Shown: one piece after another, positions 38,199 through 64,000 of the stretch
How positions within the stretch are numbered: position 1 is the first letter of the stretch
Layout: each line of letters opens with the position of its first letter
DNA from: Octopus sinensis
Lineage: Eukaryota
Reading direction: 5' to 3'
DNA: 64,000 nucleotides
NCBI RefSeq assembly: GCF_006345805.1
Contig: NC_043006.1
Location: 33,294,001-33,358,000 of the forward strand
Position numbers and translations under genes: made by a program
The notes under the pieces: generated by a model
What the model was told of the DNA's origin: nothing
What the model saw: only the letters and a program-made list of their open reading frames with translations
Databases searched by the model: none

Positions 38199-39175
38199 CA
38201 TTTATTTCTTTATTTCCCCCACCACCACTACCAACTTTCTTCCTCACTGACCCCTTCCCATTCAATTTTTACTTATTCACCTGCCATTTTTTCTTCCATT
38301 GAATTCTTAAACCCTTCCAACACCTGTCCACTTGTCTTATCAAAACCCATCTTTTCTTCCCTTATTTTTTTTTATCCTTTTTTTTCCCCCTGTATCTCAC
38401 CTTGCCACTATCAAACCATACGATAGGGACCATGTGTGTGGGTGTGTGCATGCAGATCATTTAACGTCCGCTTTTTCCATGCTGGCATGGGTTTGACAAG
38501 AGCTGAACCAAGCTCGAGTTGTCTGTTTTGGCATGGTTTCTACAGCTGGATATATTTCTTAATGCCAACCACTTTATAGAATGTACCAGATGCTTTTTGT
38601 TGAGCAACAGCACAGGGCCAATGGTTAAAAGAAATTAACTTGCAATCCATGACGTCATAGCTGTGGTTCTATTGCGCACAAAATTGGTCAAATGTGTCCT
38701 ACCATAACCTCAATTCAACCCACAGTTTGAGAGTGAAATTGGGGAAGCAGAAACTGTATGGAAGTCTACTTGATGGACTGCAAGTGCAATTCAAAAAGCC
38801 AATCTGGTCACACAAAGCATCATTGGCTTTTGGTTGAGGACTACATAATGAGAGTAAGTGTCTATGCAATAAACTCATCACTGATTCAAGCCGTCATCAC
38901 TCAAGTAGATGATTGTCATTCAAACTGATGACAATATTCTATCCCATGTGACAACTGCTTGTAATATAATGTTATAAACATTTTGTGTCTTTGGTAATGG
39001 CAATCACACTCGACCGACCGTGACACAGACATCACTGAATAAATAAATTAATGAGCAAATAATTAAAGTGAACGATCAGTGAGTGGAATTCATAGACAGC
39101 CAGACAAATGCAAGAACAAACAAAACAAAAAGAAACCATCAAGACGCCATTGAAAATGTGATATAATAATGACAG

Positions 39176-39181
39176 TTTATT
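39176..39181 (-). terminator. Candidate SMARCD1 polyadenylation signal (AATAAA)
   Basis: tttatt on the + strand about 135 nt downstream of the stop, followed on the minus strand by a U/GU-rich tract (about 39145-39110). More distal sites are not excluded. Confidence 0.5.
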
Positions 39182-39316
39182 CTCTGAAAAATGTGGAATG
39201 ATTTTCTACAGTATAAAAATGGTCATGTGATCAACTGCATTGGTCTGGACATCAGTTGAAGAGGAGAGCTGCCAATGGTGACAGGCTCAATACAGTTGCT
39301 ATGGAGATGACATTTG

Positions 39317-54989
<15,673 letters not shown>

Positions 54990-57609
54990 CTGAAGAGAAC
55001 AGAGTTAAAAACAGATTTTGGTGGGTGATTACATCAAACGAATATTCTAGACAAACCAACTTAAACCTATGTTTTCCCCCCTCAACACCAACCACCCCTA
55101 ACACCCACCCACCCACCCTCCAACACCAGAACCAATCACCATCTTCCTTTGCTGATTCAGTTTAGAAACTTAAATCTTTGATTTGATTTTCATTCCAACT
55201 TGAAACCATTTAACTGAGTTATTTTTACTCTTTTACTGGTTTCAGATAAGGGACCACAACCACGGTGGGGTACCTAATAGGCTCTCGTCAGTTACTTTAA
55301 CCTCATTATTTTTTTATTGACTTCAGAAGGATGAAGTGTGATGTGTACCTTGATGGGAATTGAACTCTGGATCGAAATATCACAGGATAATTTGTTATCC
55401 TATGTTCTACCACTTCTCCAATTCCCCGGCTGTGGAGCCAACATCACAACTGTTTGGTTTGGTCAGCCTGATGAAATATAACAACAGCCCAGTATTGGTA
55501 CAGCAAAATATGTTCTCTGTTTCGACAGAGAAATACAAATGAGATTTTTAAGTTAGCCTTCTGCAAGGAACACAATCTGTTCCAGAATAACACTTTAAAT
55601 TGCATCAGGTAATGGAACTTTGGTACAGGAGTTCCAGTGTTTTGGGGGAGTGTGGAACCACCTCTTAGCTACTGTTGCTTCCAGGTTCACTCTGGCCTGG
55701 AGTAGTAGGGGCCCAGCTATGGGTTAATTAATAAGTAAGTGTACCACCTGCTTCAAACCCATGTCTGCTCTGATAATCAGCGATGACTCGGTCAGCAAAT
55801 CCGCTGGGACAGCCAGCAAAATGAGCTGCTACAGACCACATTATCTCAGGGACCACATGTGAGCTTGTATTCCCACTGAAACCCCAAACATGAACTCTAC
55901 ACATCAACACCGAATGACACCTATGACTACAGCATCTGAACTATCTGACATGCTTGCTCTCCCAGTGAGGCATCTGTTAAATCCTAAAGTGGATTTAGGG
56001 GCTGCATACAGAAGCATTACAGTCGGATGTAGTCAGCAATTGCGAGGGACATAGTGAACCTATTTGGCCAGAGCCAGCTCAGGCCATCCCAGGAGAATGC
56101 TGCCACATGTACAAGGAACATAATGAAACAAAACTGTCTGCTTAAATCAACTTGACAGACAATGTTTCTCTTTTCTTCCATGGTTGAGTGTTTATTGGAA
56201 TAAATTTATTTTATTTTATTTTATCTAGTTTCAGCTCACGAGCTGTGGCCATGCTGGGGCACTGCCATTTGGTGTTGCTACATGATTTTACTCCACAAAT
56301 GCTTTTTAGCAACTGCCATTTGGTGCATGAGAGAGTTCGATGCAACTGCCCTCATCTGCACCTCCTGCTGTGAAGTTGGTTCATCTGGGACACTTGACAG
56401 GAAGAGATCCAGTTTTATTTTAAAGGACATAGAACTGAAAGATTTGTTTCAAAACTTCTCAATAAACATCAGGCACAGTAATGCTTGTGTGGTTAAGAAG
56501 TTTGGTTCACAACCACAGGGTTTCGAGTTTAGTCCTACCATGTGGCACCTAGGACAAATGTCTACTAAAGCCAAAATCAATCAACGCCTTGTGAGCAATT
56601 GAAAATGGAAACTGCATGAAATCCTATTGTGTGTGCACACGCACGCATAAATGTGACTGCTCATATGTGCACAAGTACCAATAATTTATGAAATCATTTG
56701 TTAGAGCAGGTGTGATACAGTGATACGATGGTCACAGTTCTGGTTGATGTTACAAATGGTTATCCTGAACTTTCAGAGCAACCAGTGGAACAAAAAAAAA
56801 ATTCTTTACTTGAAAAACCAGATGAGGGTTGACAACATGAAGGGCTTTTGGTCATAAAAATAATGCTGCTTCAAATAGTCGCAGGTCAAGCCATACTAAC
56901 ACGGTAAAATGTATGGTAAACAAACGGAAAAAGGAACTTTTGACATGTTAGCATTGAAAATGCACACACACACACACACAAATATACACATGCGTTTACA
57001 CATACATTTACACAGGCACACCCATATTCACACACACACACACACATAATTGCAATAACTAAGCATAAAGTAGTCACTGTTGTAAAGAATTGAAATTGAA
57101 AAATTAAAAATAGATCTGAAGAACAATTCTTTGTAATTAGAAATTACCATTCCAAAATATAATTTATGAAATATCCTATTATTTGTTCAGGAAGGAAATA
57201 TTTTAAGATATTAGAATAAATTCCAATATTCCTTTGAGATTTTTCTTTATAATTTAATAAAGAATTGGCACACTCTACAATGGAACAAACATGGGTGCTG
57301 CTACGTGGTCACTTAGCCTGCTTGAAATAGCAGCCTAATCTCCCTTAAATTATACAATATCACCTTTAGAATAAATAATGGATATATTTATATAGAGCCC
57401 CATTTACACTGAGCCTTAGAAGATGAGATGGTCAAGGTTGGAATGTCTGCTCAGTCAGAGATGACCTTAAAGTTCAATAACAACACTAATTTATATCTCT
57501 GTGAGCATCTAGGAAGCACCGCTATTAAATAATGAAATGCTAAGGTTTAATGGAATTGGATACTATTCCAATGAGCAATCACCTATTTATAGAATATTAC
57601 TTGTTTCAA

Positions 57610-57810
57610 ATTTTGGCACAAGTTCAGCAATTTTGTGGGGTGGATAAGTCAATTACATCAACCCCAGTAAATGGCTGGAACTTATTTTATTGACACCCCC
57701 AAAGGATGAAAGGCAAAAATCAACCTCAACAGAATTTGAACTCAGAACATAAAGACAAGATACTACTAAGTATTTCACCTGGTGTGCTAATGATTCTGTT
57801 AGTTCATCAC
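57610..57810 (-). mobile_element. SINE family B, diverged
   Basis: ttttggcacaag...aaaggatgaaaggc...gaatttgaactcagaac...gctaatgattctg. Confidence 0.75.
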
Positions 57811-60800
57811 CTTATTTACAGGAATAATATTGATACTAACATTCATTGCCATTTAGAAATAATGACTGAAATTTAAAGGAGGGAATTAATCAACATGATG
57901 AACCCCAGTATTTAACTGGTACCTTATTTTGCCAAACCCCGAAATGATGAACCCAAAAGAATTCACGCTAGAACAATGCACCAATGATTCTGACAAAAAT
58001 TGGGGAATTAAAGCATCACCTTGCCTGAGAATAAAACCTTCAGATTTCTATGCAATCAACCAAGACAACACTAGGAAACTAATTGATATTTTTCTATAGA
58101 AAACATTTGAACCAAGTTGGCACAGTGGTAAGCAACTCTCTAAAGAACTAAACAACGGAAGGTCTTCTGAGAAGAAACGCTCCTCGGACAAGTGTTTCAG
58201 CCCTTCACTTCTTACACTCTAAGGGAAGGGGAGAGGTCAGGCTGCATCCAGGTCATGACTCCTGGGTAGCCTCCTTACCCACTGAGATTGTGCATTTAAA
58301 TTGCTTAGAGATATCATCTGGTTGTAACTCTTCTCTCTTGACTCAGCTTTTAAACTAATACTTTCACAAATAACACTGGCTGCCATGGTATACAGAACCA
58401 GATATAAATGGTACAGGGAACTCTTTTTTTGTCATTTGTACAGAACCTAGTTTAGTACCTCAGTTCATGCCAAGGTAAGAGTCACATTCTTCTTGAGATT
58501 TATAAAAAGCACCAGGAGACTCTATAAAGTGGTTGGTGTTAGGAAGGGCATCCAGCCATAGAAACCATGCCAAAACAGGCAACTGGAGACTGGTGTTGCT
58601 CTCTCTCTCTGGTTTGCCAGCTCCTGTTGAACCATCCAATCCATGCCAACATGGAAAACGGACATCAAATGATGATGATGATGGTGAATTAAGCAAGTTA
58701 ATGGGTTATTAAGTTGACTGAGATGGTTGACATTTTTCACCTGTAGAATTATCATTATGGCAAAAAGAAAAAAAAAATGTCTATTTTCATTCTATAATAC
58801 CTAAATATAGTTAACACCTTAATGAGCCTGTCCCTTCCCATAAACTTCAAAATAATTCATTTCATTAGCAATTTAATCTTGGCAAAGAAATAAACCTAGG
58901 TAGGTTCCTATTAGCAACAGCCAATTTGTTTATTTGCTAAAGGATTAGTAAATAAACTATTACACTCATGAGATGGGTGTTACAATTGATAGGCGAACTT
59001 TCAGAATAGCTGCCAGTACTTCATGGAGAATGGTACCAGTAAAAATTTACCAGAAAAGTGTATGGAGGGCAAAAATGTGAAAATATTTTGTTTTGGACAA
59101 AGAATTCTTTCACAAAAGAAAACAATCGTTTATTAACCCTTTATTAAATATGTGGCTGTCAATAATAGAAAGGTATCAAATTTCTCTCAGACAGACCCTA
59201 TTGTCTTTAAAATAAAGACCCAAAAGTGTGAGTTGCCTAGCTGCAGCTCCCCCTGTACAACAACAGACAGAGCTGCAGCTGCTCAAATAAAACTGATGAG
59301 ATTATACAACAACAATCAAGGAGTTGAACCTGTATAAATCTTTTCTTACATCTCAAAACATGGACCTGTTACAGTGAAAAACAAAATGTATTTTTCTCAC
59401 TACTTAATTCTGAACGAATACCTCATGGTGCAGAAAACAAGAATATTCTGGAGTATTCTGTCAACCCATCGAGCCCATGTCAGCATGGAAAACGGACATT
59501 AAATGATGATGATAAGAATGGGCAGTAAGGATTAAATAGGAGATAAAAACAGGATGTATATGATGTAGATATTTGCGTATATGTGGAGTGATTTTTTTTA
59601 CCAATGTCTTTTGTATCATTTCTATAATGGTGAATGTGTAAATATAATGATATTAAGAGCAAATAGAGGAAGAAAGAATTAATTTTAAAAGATAATTTAA
59701 TCAAAGGTTATTCCAATTTGGACATAATAAGTGTTTCCTAACACAAATATCTTGGTGATTGGTATTCGAGTACCTAATGATGTGTAAAGAACATGATTAG
59801 CAATGCTCAAACTTTCTACCCTTCTCTGATAATGGCCAGCAGTTTTATCAACCCCCACCCCCTTTATCCAAACTATGAAACAATACAACAGCAAGATATT
59901 CAATCAACAAAGAAGATATTTATGAGCCACATGTAAAGCACTGGTTCTGGTGCCACATAAAAAGCACCCAGTCAACTCTGTAAAGTGGTTGGCATTAGGA
60001 AGGGCATCTAGCCATAGAGCTCTGGTCAAACCATCCAACCCACTCCCACCTGGGAGATAAGGACTGATGATGATACTTTAACATAAAAGATTACTTCTCT
60101 TCCATTCTTATAACTTTCAATATTTCAACATACAGCACCAAAATGGCAAATAAACAGTTACATAAAACACCAACACACACACACATTCAAAACTAGATTA
60201 AAAAGTGGAATGTACAAAAGAGACATGGAGTCTGCAAGCCAAATCATTGGCTGGATAAAAACTGATACAAGGAAGAGAGAATTCTTTGCATGAATGAGAC
60301 AATTTCTTAAGTATTGGTAGCATGGGAACTGGTGCTAGGAAGGGCATCCAGCTGTAGACCACATGTTAATATGGTCTCAATAACCTCTGAGGAGAGCAGC
60401 AACTCCAATCCAAATAACAATCGCTGCAGAGTAGGGGGGAGGGACGGTTTATCCCTGCTTTTATGGAGCTGGTGATACAGTAAACTGCACCCAGTCCACA
60501 ATGTAAGACAAACATACACAACATTGGTTTTCTCTGTTGCTGTGTGACCAAGATGGCACCAACAGGGATAACCTGTCCTACCCATACCAATATGGAAAAG
60601 AACAGAGTAAATCGACGATGATATCACCCCTAAAGAATAAGATAAACATGAAATTTCACCTTCAGATGTGTGTGTGTGTGTGTGTGTGTGCATATATATA
60701 TATATACATATATATATATACATATGAGCCCACAGGTAAAATACTTTTCCCTTGGTTGTATATACAAATACATATATATATTGAAATATATAAATATCAA

Positions 60801-60873
60801 CATGACATAGAGGAGACATACACAGGAGATAAAATGAGAAAAAAAAAAACAGTCGCCTGACTGAGAAGCGTAC

Positions 60874-60912
60874 CATTCACATTGGAGTGAGACTGTCGGG
60901 ATTGGACACTTT
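60874..60912 (-). CDS. Candidate 39-nt symmetric (phase 1-1) upstream exon of SMARCD1: SVQSRQSHSNVN(G)
   Basis: Long polypyrimidine tract ending tttttccag, donor AATG|gtacgc, open in the frame that joins the 54989 exon. No homology confirmation. Confidence 0.4.
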
Positions 60913-63900
60913 CTGGAAAAATACCGGTAGATATAAAAGACGAAGGCATTCAGTAAGTTGAATGGAAAGAAAAACGAAGGCTGAAGAAGCTGCACCAACG
61001 CAAGTAAATCCAAACAAACAATTTATATCAAATAACTCCAAATAATGAAAATAGTTGTTTTAAGCGTAGAAGAACAATTTAAATGGTGTAGTTAACAAAT
61101 AACTGCTCACTTATTAACTGATAATATAACTAGACAAGATTTCTAGTTTTGTGTTGTATGTTGTTGTTGTTGTTTTTTTTGTTTTGTTTTTTTTTGTCTT
61201 TTGATTTTTTTTTTTTTGATTTTTTTTTTCCAGAACTGATATAATTTTGCAATTGGTAGTAGAGCTGAGTTTGTTTAACACTGATAAATAACAAGCTAAA
61301 GAGTGAAAACTCTAGGTAGAAGTTTCAATTTCACTAAGTGGAATAGAGAAAAGATGGAGATAAGGAAGAGGGGAAGGAGAGAGTTTAGTGATTTACTTAA
61401 GAAAAATAACATTCTAGTGTATTTTCTTTTAATGTATAACATATTTATTTTCTCTGCTTTTTTTTAATATCTTTTTTAAAAAATTTTTTCCAGTTGCCAT
61501 TTAAAAACATGAAGAAAGTCTTCATAGACTTAAAAAGTTCAAAAGTTTTTTTTTAAAACAAACATTCCATTTTACAGGCATGGGGACATAACTACAGCTA
61601 TACTGCCAAGTGCAGAGGACAGGCAGACCTCACCTAAGAACAAAACCTTTAACTAATGCTCCCCTTAAAAATAAAGAGAGAACAATGATAATCCAGAGGA
61701 GTAACACATGTACTTGTAACAACTTGTACCATTGAATATTATAGCAAATATTTCAGTACAACTCAGACAAGTTCTTGATTGGAACACATTTTAAATAGTA
61801 TCAGGAATAACAGACAATTTACACACAGCAAGACCAACAGTAACAGTTTCAGATACGGGTTATATAAATAGAACCAAGTTGAATGTTCCACAACTCCTTT
61901 GTGTTATCTTTATCTTAGTCATTTATGTCTTTTTACAGTTAATAAGTAAAATTCTTACATTACTAGGCGGGTAGGGAGTTTCCTTATTTCTGTCTACAGG
62001 CTATCAACTATGGATTAATTTTTATCACACATCTACAGACAATTATTATCGTGCTAATCACCTAATCATCTCACTAACATATTGATGTTATTTATACAAG
62101 GAAACAAAAAAGTGCCTTTCTCATCACATTGACCAAGTGTCAAATTCAGACCAGTGACCAAATTTCAGAGACAGGTCAGATGTCTTATAATTTCTCAAGA
62201 GGCCTTACAATAACACACCTCAAAAAGTGGTGGCTTTAAAAAATTAAGTCAAGGACTTAGGTAAATATTTGAAAAGGCACTTCCGCAGAAAAATAAGCAA
62301 AACTAAACCTTAGCTAAAATCTAGGATTTGAAATGTGCTTTGTTGTGCCTGGGAACCCAACAACTTATATCACTGGACTACATCGACATCTTTGATACAA
62401 TGTAAGAAAATCTTTGTTTTAATAACCTTAAAATTGCCACTCACTCTTCAACTTCTCTTTCCTGACCCTCTTTGTTTTCTCTCTACTCCTTTCTCTCTTC
62501 TTTAGCTCTCTTTCTGTATTTAAAGAGGTGATAGTATTTTCAAACAAACTATCGTAGAAAAAAAACTTTTCAAGAGTTGATCCACAGAAACAATTAAGAA
62601 GCAATACTTGAAGACAGAGCAGAATTATGGCAAAATTATTAAATATCAAATTATCCAAGAAATGCTATTAAATGGAGAAATAGTTTCAAATGTTTGAAGA
62701 ATTGGATATTAGATGCATTAGAAAGAAACCTTTTTTTTTTTTTTTTTAATATTACATTAGAAACAGAAACGTCAGTTTTCAACTTTAATGCCTAGTGAAT
62801 ATGTAAGAAGTATGCAAAGAATAAAGAATTTATAAAAATCTCGGAATTTATAGAAATATATATTTATAATACAAAGTGTTTATATATAAAAATGGTTTCA
62901 ATTTGACCCAGACATTTAGCTGCAATCAACAGTGCAATTATTCATAACATGAAAACATTTTAAAATGTATTAGAAACATTTTTTTTTCCTAATCTTCCTT
63001 GGAATTTTCTCATTTTTATTTTCCTTTTACTATCATCAGTTGAATGGTTCAGCAAATTTTGACTATTGCAAGACTTATTGCAAAATTATTTGACTAACCA
63101 CTAACTCCTACCTTGCAGCAGAGGTAAGAATTTCCTCTCGGCTGAATGAGGTAAACACAAGAATAGGCTTTGTCAAGATTATAACAGATGACAAGAGCAG
63201 TGGTAGACTTTGGATATTGTAAACTAATCTCTTAGCCATTCAACTACTAGATAGTCAACGATACAAAATTTTGTAAAAGACCAAACAGCACTTGCATTCC
63301 ATTTCTGGCTGTTATGCTGGGAATGTAATTAAACTAGAAAGTGAGATGTGCTGTAAAGATTACACTGCTAAGGTGACATCTTAAGACAATCACGAAGAAA
63401 AACTACTTAAGGGATGTGGAAATGAGAATTTGTGAAAGACTTTTTGAAGCTGGGTCAAATCTGAACCATACTTTAAAAAACGGTTATGGTTATGGAATAA
63501 TCATGCAAACCCTTTATTAGACTAGGTTTAGCAAGTTTAGCAACACTTGCAACACGCATAAAAGCTATCAACAAATTGCAAAACAAACTTTTTTTTATTT
63601 TTTTTTCGAACGATGCACTGAGTGACAACAATCTATTGTTACGAAACAAAAAGCCAATCAAACATGGAGGGGGGGGGGGCAGGGCGGCTAAAATAATATC
63701 TAGGAAAAGAAATTCAAAGAAACAATGCCCAATAAAATAATTAGGAAAAAAAATGAAACAGATGTAGTAAGATGGACTACACGAGTAAAGAAATAATATA
63801 CGAGACATAGTTAACACAAACAGATGAAGAATAACGAAACACAGAACAGGATTACATTCAAGGAGTGGGGGGGGTCAATATTTGTTGTTTTTTTTTTAAT

Positions 63901-64000
63901 GTCAGTAATATTAGAAAGGCAGGGAAGACAAAAAAGGCAATAAATAAACCATGCTTTTAGCTGAGTTGCAACTACGTTGTGTTAAACATTGTGTTAAATA

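Overview
AT-rich, microsatellite-dense animal genomic DNA, most likely an octopus (coleoid cephalopod). This is inferred from the SINE families and repeat landscape, not proven. The left ~38 kb has no recognisable host gene and is a mosaic of tRNA-derived SINEs, decayed RTE and R4/Dong-like LINEs, Penelope-like element (PLE) remnants, MITEs (Merlin-like, mariner, DD37D-like), Helentron-type HINEs, fold-back palindromes and (CA/TA)n arrays. The right part carries a minus-strand SMARCD1/BAF60 (Bap60) gene. Fourteen coding exons (54989 down to the stop at 39317, all GT-AG, frame continuous, about 431 aa) were reconstructed by hand. The start codon and N-terminal exon(s) were not found and probably lie beyond 64000. 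The most unusual signals are several hammerhead-ribozyme-like (HHR) cores of PLE type: (i) a tRNA-headed SINE whose 3' tail is a PLE/HHR-like module, present as a head-to-head palindrome in the last SMARCD1 intron; (ii) a ~320-bp palindrome with an HHR motif in each arm; (iii) a compact HHR ending an internally deleted PLE. Most long ORFs in the supplied track are microsatellite translations.
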